Shown here: one piece after another, positions 11,670-22,334 of the stretch | Layout: every line of letters starts with the position of its first letter | Numbering within the stretch: the first letter of the stretch is position 1 | Source of the DNA: Candidatus Bathyarchaeota archaeon | GTDB lineage: Archaea > Thermoproteota > Bathyarchaeia > Bathyarchaeales > Bathycorpusculaceae | DNA length: 64,000 nucleotides | Reading direction: 5' to 3' | Assembly (NCBI GenBank): GCA_963768425.1 | Contig: CAVYHV010000006.1 | Location: 160,001 to 224,000, forward strand | Notes under the pieces: model-generated | Seen by the model: only the letters and a program-made list of their open reading frames with translations | Databases searched by the model: none | Told to the model about the DNA's origin: nothing | Position numbers and translations under genes: made by a program

Positions 11670-11969
11670 TTAACGGGGGACCCTACCAACAATAGCCTTA
11701 TAGTAGACTTGCTCTCCTGTCCGCTGTTTTATCGTTTTTGCTTCTACGGTTCCATCCTCGATTAATTTATCCAATGCGTCTTGAATAGAAAAAGCTCCAA
11801 TGATGTTTATCAAATTTAGGTCATTACTATATCCTATACCACTAACAATCTCGCCATAGTTGACAGGGTACACATTTCTTTTCAGAAAAGCAAGAATTTG
11901 ACCCTCAATTGTATCCGCTATTCTACCATTATCCCATTCTTCGTTACTAATTGGCATTTTTAATCCCAA
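11670..11969 (-). CDS. Small winged-helix-like hypothetical protein
   Basis: ILAFLK...EI...ALDKLIEDGTVE...YY pattern. Confidence 0.6.
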   Translation of the reverse strand: MGLKMPISNEEWDNGRIADTIEGQILAFLKRNVYPVNYGEIVSGIGYSNDLNLINIIGAFSIQDALDKLIEDGTVEAKTIKQRTGEQVYYKAIVGRVPR

Positions 11970-12063
11970 TACCTTTTAGGCTTTTGAGAATTAAATTTAG
12001 TAACTTTACGGAATAGAAAGTAGCTTTAACTTTTTTCGAGAGTTTCACTAGCGCGCTGGCCTA

Positions 12064-12351
12064 TTACACTACGCATTCAGAAATCTGTGGGTGCCTGCTT
12101 AATTCATCCAGAGACTTGTTTAGCAATATGTTGTCTCCAACGCTAGCGACTAAAGCGATGGGCAAGCATACAGTTGAGCTTCTGAATCTTTTTTTGAATC
12201 CAAGGTCCTCGGACGCTGGTTTGGACAACTTTACATGCAAATGGGTTACTTGCCAATTGTTAGTGTCTATGTCTGCCCCTCTAATCTCGCCAAGATCAAA
12301 TCCACCCGCACAGATAACAAACATTCCATCAAGTTTATCAGTACTAACCAA
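12064..12351 (-). CDS. PRC-barrel domain protein
   Basis: LDGMFVI...G..LGEI....ID...W.V...V and VASVGDNILL pattern. Confidence 0.75.
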   Translation of the reverse strand: MVSTDKLDGMFVICAGGFDLGEIRGADIDTNNWQVTHLHVKLSKPASEDLGFKKRFRSSTVCLPIALVASVGDNILLNKSLDELSRHPQISECVV

Positions 12352-12742
12352 AACAAATCACCATAATATCGTACCAAAATCAAAGATATAATTCTTCCTT
12401 AACTATACGCTGAGTTCCAAAATATTGAAGGTTCTACACTTTGCAGATTTAAGAATTATTCTTTGTATGTTTGTTTGTCGGTGTATTGTGTTGTGTCGTG
12501 TCGTTGTAGTTGTTGTTGTAGGTGTTTTGGGAGGGTGTATGAGTAGAAGAGAGGTGGTTAGTTGTGAGTTTTAGGATGGGAAAAAGATTAAAATTTAATC
12601 TTTCTCTCTCTCTGCCAAACTAAAACGGTACATTCAAGGGTTAGGAACTTCGTCGCTATTTAGAGTAGATAAGTCTTAAATATGAGCGAGAGAGAGAAAG
12701 CGCGCGGGAAGCCTTTTATCGAAAACCAGTTCTAGAGTAATT

Positions 12743-13306
12743 ATGAATTGCTGCGGTAAGTTTTTTGCTTTTTTGTTTGCGTTTGTCTTTCTTGCTTCTT
12801 TAGTTATGTTGCCGGCTGGGAGCGTTAACGCGGATCCAAGTGAACTCCTTGCTTTCTCTTCTGGACTTACTCTTTATTCACCGGTCAACACGACTTATAG
12901 TTCTAATGTAGTGGAATGTAACGGCACGTTTGTTGGCCCGATCGATTACGAACTTACCTTGAATTATAGTGTTGACGGAAACTATCAAGGCAACTTACCT
13001 TGGGTACTTAATCAGAATTCCACGAACTCTGCGACTTATATGGTGGATTGGTCCTTTCAGTTGCCTAAACTATCGAAAGGGGCACATCAGTTAAGCGTTG
13101 GAATCGAGCAACAACTCTTTAGCAATGGCTATACAGTGGTCAAGCAAGACACATATGTGGATACGGTTTATTTCACGGTAAATCCAAGTCAACCGACCCT
13201 GAGTGCTTTGGAGGTTTCTTTGTTGGCTATTTCGGTTTTGATAGTTGCCCTGCTTGCTGTTGCCGTGTATTTGAGGCATCGAAAAACCGCTAACTTGAAA
13301 CAATGA
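12743..13306 (+). CDS. Secreted Ig-like domain protein with C-terminal TM anchor
   Basis: Signal peptide, SPVNTTY...YSVDG...L.KG.H.L.V motif, TM helix and basic tail. Confidence 0.7.
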   Translation: MNCCGKFFAFLFAFVFLASLVMLPAGSVNADPSELLAFSSGLTLYSPVNTTYSSNVVECNGTFVGPIDYELTLNYSVDGNYQGNLPWVLNQNSTNSATYMVDWSFQLPKLSKGAHQLSVGIEQQLFSNGYTVVKQDTYVDTVYFTVNPSQPTLSALEVSLLAISVLIVALLAVAVYLRHRKTANLKQ

Positions 13307-13446
13307 CCTTTTCCCACGGCTGGCTGGGTGTAACCACCCTCTGTCTGTTAGTCCAGAAAGTTTGACTAAAGTCAGTCAAGACGGGATGTAAAGGCTTTTT
13401 CTGATTAGACCTCCGATAAGCCGTGTGATATCGGAGGCGTTGGAGA

Positions 13447-13840
13447 ATGGGTGAGGTAGTGGTTGGGTTGGACGTTCACTTGAAGAATACTCAAGTGACC
13501 GTCATGAAGTTAAGTGGAGAGGTTGTTAAGAAAGAGAGGATTAGGACTTGTAAGACTGAGCTTCGCAGGTCCTTGGAGGATGTTCCGCATGGTAGCAGAG
13601 TTGCGTTGGAGTCTGTTGGTTTCTGTTGGCCTTGGATCGATTTTCTTGATGAATTGAAGTTTACGCCGTTGCTTGCAAACCCGTTGAGAGTGAAGCTTAG
13701 GGCAGAAGATGTTAAGAATGATAAGGTAGATAGCAAAACGTTGGCTGATTTGACGAGGATGAATTAGTTGCCGACTTGTTATGTTCCCAGCAGTGAGATG
13801 CGTTGGCTTCGTAGCTTGCTTAGGCATCGAGCTTTCACCC
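13447..13840 (+). pseudogene. IS110-family transposase remnant (N-terminal DEDD domain only)
   Basis: VVGLDVH, VALES, KNDKVDSKTLA; in-frame TAG at 13765-13767 followed by LPTCYVPSSEMRWLRSLLRHR, then similarity ends. Confidence 0.85.
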
Positions 13841-14213
13841 TGCCATTTCTTTCTCCCAGATGAATTAAGGGATTCGTTCAAGGATAAGCCTGTCAGCATT
13901 TTGGGTTTGGTGGGGTTTAGAGGGGCTGGCAAGCGGTCATCGAAAAGAGTTTAATTCTTTATTCAAAAACCGTTCTAATGCTTATCGGATATGGATTGAT
14001 ACCCACCTGCAGAACTGCACTTGCCCAACAAGCGTTGGAATTAGTGAACATTTCATGATCACCTGCAGAAAAAATTTTGCTTAGAAATGAATTTAAAAAA
14101 AAACGACGTGCTTGACGTAAACACGCTATCTACTTGCCAACCAAAAACAACGATGAATATTGCGAAAAAGTTATAGCTGAACAGAAATAGACAGATAGAT
14201 TCAGTGGTTAGAT

Positions 14214-14750
14214 TTGCTTAAAGGCATTCATGTAAATTTGAGGGCAATGGATAAAGAGGATTTGCCCTTTTATACAGAATGGGTTAACAAGCCTGAGTTC
14301 TTTGGTGAATTCAACGGTTTAATGCAGTTTTCCAAATCAGAGGCAGAAAAAAAACTTGAGAATCAATGTGAAATGAAGTATTTCGTTGTGGAGAAAAAAG
14401 ACGGCGGCAAAATAGGGTTGATATTTCATTTCTGTGTTTTGCACCCAGCTGGTAGGCAACTTGAAATCGGCTATGCTTTAGTTCCGAGCGAACGAGGGAA
14501 GGGCTATGGCACCGAAGCTATCCGAATTATTGTTGATTACCTGTTTCTGTCGAAAGACACTCCACGTATTCAAGCATGTACGGATACTCGCAATCTGGCT
14601 TCCCAGAAGACTTTAGAGAAAGTAGGTTTCAAAAAAGAAGGAGTGACGAGAAAGAATTTCTTCACTAGAGGAAAATGGACTGACGACTGCCTTTATGCCA
14701 TTCTTAGGGACGAATGGAACGAACCAAATGTACTGACGAAGATTTCGTGA
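14214..14750 (+). CDS. RimJ/RimL-type GNAT acetyltransferase
   Basis: EIGYAL...RGKGYGTEA, NLASQKTLEKVGFKKEG. Confidence 0.9.
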   Translation: MLKGIHVNLRAMDKEDLPFYTEWVNKPEFFGEFNGLMQFSKSEAEKKLENQCEMKYFVVEKKDGGKIGLIFHFCVLHPAGRQLEIGYALVPSERGKGYGTEAIRIIVDYLFLSKDTPRIQACTDTRNLASQKTLEKVGFKKEGVTRKNFFTRGKWTDDCLYAILRDEWNEPNVLTKIS

Positions 14751-14977
14751 GAAATCAAAAATTAATCTTAGCACGTTGAATGGATTCTTTTTTGCTCTTG
14801 CCCCGCACATAAGACGTTGTTAAAAGCTTGGCACAAACGCAGAAAAAGCGCGCCAATAAATCTCTTTATTTCCAGTTTTAAAACTCATTTCTTGATTCTG
14901 AATGCAAGTTTCCAATGGATTAAGCAGCTGGAAACAGCAAAAGCTTATAAAAAAACAAGCTATCTTTATTTTACGCA

Positions 14978-15298
14978 GTGGAAAGACCACCTGTGAAACT
15001 GGAGAATCTTGAGGCAACACGGATGAGACGATCAAAACTAGAAACGTACATTGACATCCTCAACGCATTGGCGCGCTTAGGTCCATTGAAGATGACCCAT
15101 ATAATGCACAAAGCTAACGTCAACTGCAACATGCTCAGAGGACACCTGGACTTCCTAATCAAACAGGGACTAGTCGAAGAACGAACCATCAAAAGAAGCC
15201 ACGCAGTTTTTGCAGTCACGCAACGAGGTATGACTATACTGAAGCATTTCCGGGAACTCGCCCAAGTGGCGTCCATTATAGAAGAAGCCCAAAGTTAA
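14978..15298 (+). CDS. Archaeal winged-helix transcription regulator
   Basis: MRRSKLE.YIDIL...THIMHKANVN...LDFLIKQGLV...VTQRG; start likely 15023. Confidence 0.8.
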   Translation: MERPPVKLENLEATRMRRSKLETYIDILNALARLGPLKMTHIMHKANVNCNMLRGHLDFLIKQGLVEERTIKRSHAVFAVTQRGMTILKHFRELAQVASIIEEAQS

Positions 15299-15729
15299 AA
15301 CCCAAACTTACCTCTCATTAACCTTTTGAAAAGATATTTAGACATTTTATCTTTCATAACAATTCTGGTTGGTAATCGTATTTTTATTGTTTTATGAAAA
15401 GAGTCGAAAGACACAGCCTTGATCAAAAAGTGCCCTTTTCATAGCGTTGGCTTCTAGAAAAAGTCATTTAGGCTCGCCCTCGGTGTCTAGATTTTTGGTT
15501 TGGGAGGTGTTGCATGTACCTCTCTTCCTTTATACCCTCTGATATTGGGGGGCGTTGAAGAATTTAGGCGGGGAGGTTAGAGTTTGCGGAAGTGCGTGAA
15601 GATGGCGAACCATCCAGCAGTTCCCTCTGAACCTGCCCAATCAAGCAAACGGTTTACTTTTTTTAAACCTTGTGTATTCAAGATACATAAAAATCGCCGA
15701 AGTGCAAGCTTGCTCGATCACTCACTTCT

Positions 15730-15987
15730 GGGATGCGTCGATTATTCTCAGAATTGGCGGTTATATTGCGTTGGTTGGACTTTGGGCAGCTCCTATATCT
15801 GGAGCATCAATGAACCCAGCGCGCTCGTTTGCCCCTGATCTTTTTTCTTCTTAGCTTCAATACCTACAATGTATATTTGGTAGGACCCATAGTAGGGGGT
15901 TTGCTTGCGGTGTTTTTCGCTTATCTTCTGCGTGGACACGGCAGAAACGAAGCAGTGATTGAAGCTGCACAAGGTGACTTAAAATAA
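15730..15987 (+). pseudogene. Aquaporin/MIP channel C-terminal fragment
   Basis: ISGASMNPARSFAP second NPA box; after a frameshift YLVGPIVGGLLAVFFAYLL; N-terminal half absent. Confidence 0.7.
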
Positions 15988-16052
15988 CTGGACAATAGAG
16001 ACTAACTATTGCCCAAGAATGATAATAGTAAATAAAAAAGGAGGTTTGAAGA

Positions 16053-17465
16053 ATCATCGAGCCCACTCAGCCAAATATAAGTTTTAGTCGCCAGGACCGT
16101 TGGCAAAAAGGGAAAGAACTAAGTTTCAAGATTCCATGGAAGAGCCACAGTGAATGGAAACGCCCAAGTAATCTTCAAGACCCCATTAGCCTAATTCAAG
16201 AGCATGACAAAGATCGATTATCTTTTTTGCTACCTATTAAATATGGGCGTATGGCGACTTCAGCTTTTGCCTTTCTAAGGGGCTCAGCGGCTGTCATGGC
16301 GGCTGATCTTACTAGTACACCGGTCACTGGCATCAGAACAATGTTGAGTGGCGATGCGCATTTGTCCAACTTTGGCATCTTTGCGTCGCCTGAGCGCAAA
16401 CTAATCTTTGACGTGAACGATTTTGATGAATGTTACCCAGGTCCGTGGGAATGGGATCTAAAACGGTTGGCTGCCAGTGCAGTTGTTGCAGGGCGGGATA
16501 GCGGGTTTAAGCTTGAAGATAGTCTTGAACTAGCCAAACATGTTGCTAAAAAGTATCGCAAAGCAATTACAAAATTTGCAGGTATGCTTACGTTAGATTT
16601 GTGGTATTGCTATGTTGATGCTGAGAGGCTCTTGAAAGCATTTAGTAATTCGAAGAAAGAGTCGAAAATTATGAAAAAAGTCATCAAGAAGGCCCGTGCC
16701 AGCACAGAGGAACAATCGCTTGAGAAGTTCACCGAAATCGTAGGTGGTCAACGACGATTTGTTAATAATCCACCGTTGATGGTTCGTTTAACAGACGTTC
16801 CTGAAAGCAATGCTGTGGCAGAGAAGGTTGAAGTGGTAAGAAACGATCTTGAAAAAGCCTGGCTTGAGTATGTCAGCAGCGTCGAAATAAGTCGTCGCGA
16901 GCTACTGAGTCGTTACCACATCATTGATGTCGCTTTAAGAGTTGTCGGCGTGGGCAGCGTGGGAACAAGATGCTTCGTAGCTTTGCTGGAAGCCAACTCT
17001 ATTGATGATGAAATTGTGCTGCAGCAAAAGGAAGCTGAAACTTCAGTGTTAGAACCCTACTTACCGCAACTAGAATTTGCCAATCATGCAGACCGTGTGG
17101 TTATAGGACAGCAGTTGATGCAGTCGGCAAGCGATGCCTTTTTGGGATGGAGCCGCGGTTTCGCTTCATCCGGACGCGATTATTATTGGCGACAGCTAAG
17201 AGATATGAAAGGATCTGTCGATGTTTCTCTGTTGGGCCTGAAAGGTTTTAAGGATTATCTTGCGCGTTGTAGCTACTGTTTAGCCCTAGGTCATGCGCGT
17301 TCAGGAGATGTCGTTGGGATTTCAGGATACCTGGACAGGGGCAAACCATTCGACGAAGCGATTGCAAACTTTAGCGTTTCCTACGCAAAACAAACGGAGC
17401 AGGATTATCGTGCTCTAGTGGATGCGATCAAGACTGGACGTATTATTGCTCAGAAAGGCATTTGA
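16053..17465 (+). CDS. DUF2252 family (kinase-like) protein
   Basis: RMATSAFAFLRGSAAVMAADL, GDAHLSNFG, FDVNDFDE, GVGSVGTRC; frame open from 16050 with AGGAGG upstream (ORF track starts 16227). Confidence 0.9.
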   Translation: MIEPTQPNISFSRQDRWQKGKELSFKIPWKSHSEWKRPSNLQDPISLIQEHDKDRLSFLLPIKYGRMATSAFAFLRGSAAVMAADLTSTPVTGIRTMLSGDAHLSNFGIFASPERKLIFDVNDFDECYPGPWEWDLKRLAASAVVAGRDSGFKLEDSLELAKHVAKKYRKAITKFAGMLTLDLWYCYVDAERLLKAFSNSKKESKIMKKVIKKARASTEEQSLEKFTEIVGGQRRFVNNPPLMVRLTDVPESNAVAEKVEVVRNDLEKAWLEYVSSVEISRRELLSRYHIIDVALRVVGVGSVGTRCFVALLEANSIDDEIVLQQKEAETSVLEPYLPQLEFANHADRVVIGQQLMQSASDAFLGWSRGFASSGRDYYWRQLRDMKGSVDVSLLGLKGFKDYLARCSYCLALGHARSGDVVGISGYLDRGKPFDEAIANFSVSYAKQTEQDYRALVDAIKTGRIIAQKGI

Positions 17466-17731
17466 TTAAGGTCAACAGTAATCTTAGCCCGTCGTTGTTA
17501 CCGCTGCCCTTTGGGTTCAAGACTCATCTACAGCGTCGAGCTCCATTTTTTGCTAAATCATATAACTTCATTTCAAACGAGGACTCAAACTACCCTTGCC
17601 TCTTTGGACAGCCCTTCTCACCTCTTAACTTTGAAATGAGTCCATCTGCATCATTCTTGTGTGTTGAGGTCACGATCAAGAAAACTTGAATAACTAAATA
17701 TTCGGCGTTAGAGTAGTTTTGTAGGAATCAA

Positions 17732-18406
17732 ATGGACCAGAAAAAAATACTCAGATTTAACCTTGGTAATGTGGAGAATTCCCTTCTTGGCGTAGAGCTA
17801 AACTGGGGAATAATCGACGACAAATTGGATAGTGCGAAGATTGGGCGGCGTGACATTTTTGATTCTGTCATTAGAGGTCGGTTGATGGACGCTTACAGGT
17901 ATCTTGATAAGCTCCTTGAAAAGGGTGTTGAACCGTTTTCGCCTGAAGGCGTTTCTGAAATCATGGAACTTAACAACATTATTCATTACGGGTTTGATAT
18001 GCAGTTAAGGCTCGAGTACAATCGGGCTATAGAAGCGAACTCGGAGAAATTCAACGAGAACATCAACCCGATCGAGAAATGGTACAGAAAGCACATGAAG
18101 GGCGAGCCGCATCCGCTGAAGGTGGCAGCTGAAGTGTATGTTGCGGTGCTTGGTTTTCCTCAATTGTTTATTGAAGGCAATCATAGGACGGGCAACTTGA
18201 TCTCCAACTGGATTAGCATGTACTATGGAAAGCCGCCGTTTGTTTTGAGCGCGGAGAATGCTTTGGCATATTTTAAGCCGTCGAAGGAAATTAAGAGGTT
18301 TGCTGATAAATCGACTTGGAGGGGAAGGGCGAGGTTACCTAAGTATAGGACTTGTTTTAAGAAGTTTTGGGAAGAGTACATAGACGACAAGTACGTTAAA
18401 TCTTGA
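17732..18406 (+). CDS. Fic/Doc-like domain protein
   Basis: PQLFIEGNHRTG resembles the Fic motif HxFxDGNGR. Confidence 0.65.
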   Translation: MDQKKILRFNLGNVENSLLGVELNWGIIDDKLDSAKIGRRDIFDSVIRGRLMDAYRYLDKLLEKGVEPFSPEGVSEIMELNNIIHYGFDMQLRLEYNRAIEANSEKFNENINPIEKWYRKHMKGEPHPLKVAAEVYVAVLGFPQLFIEGNHRTGNLISNWISMYYGKPPFVLSAENALAYFKPSKEIKRFADKSTWRGRARLPKYRTCFKKFWEEYIDDKYVKS

Positions 18407-18620
18407 AAAAGCCTCATCAGGCTTGGAGATAGTGCTCCCCCGCTAGTTTCGGTGAAGCGGACATAAAAATCTCGCACAAAAACGAACAATTAACCGAAAT
18501 AACGCATTCTTTTGAACAATCGTTCAGATGCTACATTAAGACCGGAAACAGCCTTGGAGTAAATTCGTAGCAAATCACAAATATCTGCCTAAAGGTGTTT
18601 TCTGGAAAGAGACGCTTAAA

Positions 18621-20009
18621 GTGCTTGGTAAACAGAAGTCAAGGGCAGATAGCGGAGGGGAAGAAAAAAGCTACCGTGAGTTCTATCTCCAAGCGGATAT
18701 TACGCAATCAAAGTTTGCGATGGTGCTATTTGCAATTCCCCTTATCGGCTTCATATTTAACGATTACATGTTTTTTGGTTTATCAAATATGTTCTATGGA
18801 GTCATTTCTGTTCGTGTTGCACTTTTGTTTGTAACAGGTTTAGAGTTGTCATTTATTGGAAGAGTGAAAAGTTACAATGCTTATGACAGGATTCTTTTCT
18901 TTGCTGTTTTGGCAATGATAATCGGCGGAGGTGTCATCAATGCAACTCGTCCCTCGAACTTCGTAATTGCAAGCATAATATCAATCGTATCGGTGTTTGT
19001 TTTGTACTTGATTGTTCCTCTCAAATTTAAGTTCCAAGTCTTTCTGGCTTCATTTCTCACGGTTGGCGAATCCTTAATCGTATTGATTCTTTCCAAAAAT
19101 ATTGGAGATTCTGTTCTTTTTACCCTGCTGTTTAGTATGTTTGTTGCAAACTTGGTTGCTGCTTTCGGTGCTTGGCAGACGCATTCCTACAGAAAAAAGA
19201 ATTACTCGGAGTTCATGCAGCGTAAAGCTTTGCAGGATGAATTGGAGAAGCATGCAAACCAATTATCGGAACTTGTGGAGGAACGAACCAAAGATTTGGT
19301 GCAGGCACAATCGCGACTTATGCAATCCGAACGATTGGCTACTATCGGCGAGATGGCGGGTATGGTGGGTCACGATCTTCGAAATCCGCTTGCCGCCATA
19401 AAGAACGCTTCTTATTATTTGAGAAAAAAACAGGGCTCATCACTTGGCGATAGCGGCACGGAAATGCTAAACGCAATTGATAGATCAGTTGAGCACGCCA
19501 ACAGTATCGTTGCTGATTTGCTTGATTTTAGCCGTGAAATCCACTTGGATCTTGAAGAATATTCGCCCAAATCCTTGGTAAACTATGTATTGCTAGCCAT
19601 GAACATTCCAGGCAACGTTAAGATAACACAAAAAATAGAAGCGAGCCCACAGTTTGGGTAGATGCAAACAAAATTGAAAGGGTATTTACCAACATCGTCA
19701 AGAACGCCATTGAAGCTATGCCCAACGGCGGCACAATTGAAATAAGCAGCCGCCAAAATGGAGAAAACGTCGAATTTCATTTTTGCTGATACAGGCAGCG
19801 GCATGTCTGAAGACGTAATTGGAAAGATTTTTACGCCGCTCTTCACCACCAAAGCGCAAGGCATGGGTTTTGGATTAGCCATCTGTAAACGAATTGTTGA
19901 AGCTCATGGCGGCAAAATTGGAGTTGAGAGTACACTCAACAAAGGAACAACATTTACAATTTCACTCCCTATTGAGCAACAGCATAAAAAAGAGACATCA
20001 AATAATTGA
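18621..20009 (+). CDS. Membrane sensor histidine kinase (frameshifts ~19650-19750)
   Basis: Multiple TM helices, H-box GHDLRNPL, N-box [10 protein letters not shown] in alternate frame, [18 protein letters not shown]. Confidence 0.85.
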
Positions 20010-20210
20010 GTCTAGAATAGTCGACGAATCTTGACTGCATCACTTAAGTAGCCTTTACGAATTGCTTTCCTCGGTTTTTTGGTTTTGGTTTGTGCGGTGT
20101 TGTGGGTGACTATTTGTTTTTTTGTTTTGTATGTTGGTTTCCGTGGGAATTTTAAGGGATTTTTGGGGTGGGGAGTTAGCGCCCCCTGTTATTCCGTAAG
20201 TTTCTTATAG

Positions 20211-20231
20211 TAGGTTGGATAATCCAACCTA
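20211..20231. promoter_or_regulatory. Perfect palindromic operator upstream of the ABC operon
   Basis: TAGGTTGGAT-A-ATCCAACCTA directly after TATA-like TTCTTATA and 20 nt before ATG 20252. Confidence 0.65.
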
Positions 20232-20251
20232 ACCTATTGGGGACTAAAAGG

Positions 20252-21228
20252 ATGAGAAACAAAAATATCATTTACATTGTTGCAACCGCAATAATCATGA
20301 TACATTATTGCTCTCAGGGGCATTCATCTACGTAAACTACAAAACACCAAACAAATCAGACATCACAAGACATAACCATTGTAGACGACGAAGGCTACAC
20401 CACCAATCTAACTGCGATTCCTCAAAGAATCATTTCATTAGCACCTAGCCTGTACCCAAATCCTCTTTGCAGTCGGCGCAGGCAACAAAGTCGTAGGCGT
20501 AACAGCCTACGACGATTACCCATACAATTTCTCGGCATGGGTAGCGGAAGGCAACATGACTATTCATGGTGGCTATGGAACACCGGACATGGAAGCCATC
20601 GCTTCGCTTCGCCCCGATTTGATAGTTACTGACAGCATCAACGACGCTAGCCTACCAAGCATGAGAACCTTATACAAAGTGATAGTTCTCAACCCAAGCA
20701 CGATAAGCTGGAATCTACACAGACATGTCTTTAGTTGGAAAGGCAACAGGCACCGAAACACAAGCGAACGCGGTAGTTGCAAACCTGACCAGCACAATCA
20801 ACGGGATAGCGACAAAAATTGCTAACTTGCATGAAGCTCCGACGAAAGTCTACTATGAAGTCTGGACTGCCCCACTCATGAGCGCCGGTTCAACAACCTG
20901 GATAAACGATGTCATAAGCAAAGCTGGAGGAGTCAACATATTCGCCAACGAAACTCAGCAATACCCAACAGTTGCCTCAGAAACGATAGTTTCACTCAAC
21001 CCTGACGTAATATGCTTGCCGACAAACATGGGACTGGAACGCCGTTCTACGGAACCGTACAAGACGTGAAATCAACACCGGGATGGAACACAATAAGCGC
21101 AGTGCAAAACGATCGAGTCTATGTGATCGACCAAGACTTGTTCGCCGAGCCTGGACCAAGAGTTGCAGACCATAGTATATTCAGTTGCGGAATGCTTGTA
21201 TCCACAACTTTTTAACTCCACATCCTAA
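20252..21228 (+). CDS. btuF: Cobalamin/iron-chelate ABC substrate-binding protein (BtuF-like), multiply frameshifted
   Basis: PQRIISLAPS, LFAVGAGNKVVGVT, KVYYEVW, AGGVNIF, AVQNDRVY, PGPRV spread over several frames. Confidence 0.7.
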
Positions 21229-21247
21229 TTTTTTTGTTGTGCAACTC

Positions 21248-22322
21248 ATGGAACAACAGCAAACCGAAGGAGCATTAGTAAGACGTTCTTCAAGATGGAA
21301 GCTAATCATAGCAGCGCTAATAGTCGGTTTTATTGTAACAATAATTGTCGCCCTCAACATTGGCTACGCACCCATTTCTTTTTCAGAAATTTTTGCTATT
21401 CTCGGAAAACAAATCCCATAAGTACCAATCAAATCCTCATCCACCCAGTTTCAGATTGACAGCGCAATAATTCTGTAATTCGTCTTCCGCGAGTATTGGC
21501 AGGGGCTTTGGTCGGTGCGGGGTTGGCAGCGGCTGGCGTAATTTATCAGGGAATCTTTCGAAATCCTATGGCTGACTCATATTTGCTTGGTGCATCAGCA
21601 GGAGCTTCAGTTGGTTATACAATAGCTGTCCTGTATGTTACGTCGTCTTTGTCGCTTATCGGTTTGGGAATGACACAGATTTTCGCGTTCATATTTGCCT
21701 TGCTAACCGTTTTCGTGGTGCTGACTATTTCACGCGTAGGCGGAAAAATCCCACCACCACCTTGCTGCTTTCAGGTATAGTTGCAAACATTTTTCTCCTG
21801 GCTATTGAAACGGTCATGCAGCTTAGATCAGGCAAAGCTCTCAGTGGCATAGTCGCCTGGCTTGCAGGCGGATTTTCTGACACCGTTTGGGCACAGTTTT
21901 ACGTGGTATATGCCTATAATTCTTGTAGGTATTGTGCTTACTTATTTTTTCACTCGCGATCTAAACGTGCTTTCCATGGGCGAAGAGACAGCACAACATT
22001 TAGGCGTGAACACTGAAAGAACGCGCCAAATCTTGCTTGCCATCGCGTCTCTGATAACCGCGGCATGCGTCGCGATAAGCGGGGTTATAGGCTTCGTAGG
22101 CTTAATAATTCCTCACATGACGCGCCTAGTAATTGGACCGATCACCGTATCCTTCTGCCAGCATCCACAATTGTCGGGGCTATTTTCTTAGTAATATGTG
22201 ATTCTGTCGCCAGAGTTGCCACGGGAGCTTCTGAATTGCCAGTCGGCGTTATAACTGCTCTTGTGGGAACCCCATTCTTTATTTATCTGCTTAGGAGAAG
22301 AAAAACAACTTATTCAATGTAA
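21248..22322 (+). CDS. btuC: FecCD/BtuC ABC permease, multiply frameshifted
   Basis: [58 protein letters not shown]. Confidence 0.75.
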
Positions 22323-22334
22323 GGCTGATGCAAA

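Noticed and set aside
12460-12575. Strongly G/T-skewed low-complexity tracts (also ~15490-15580 and 20070-20180)
   Set aside because: No periodicity, ORF or stable structure could be supported; recorded only as compositional skew.
20040-20250. Cobalamin riboswitch upstream of btuF-like or cbiZ genes
   Set aside because: No B12-box or conserved cobalamin-riboswitch core was recognised, and the leaders are short.
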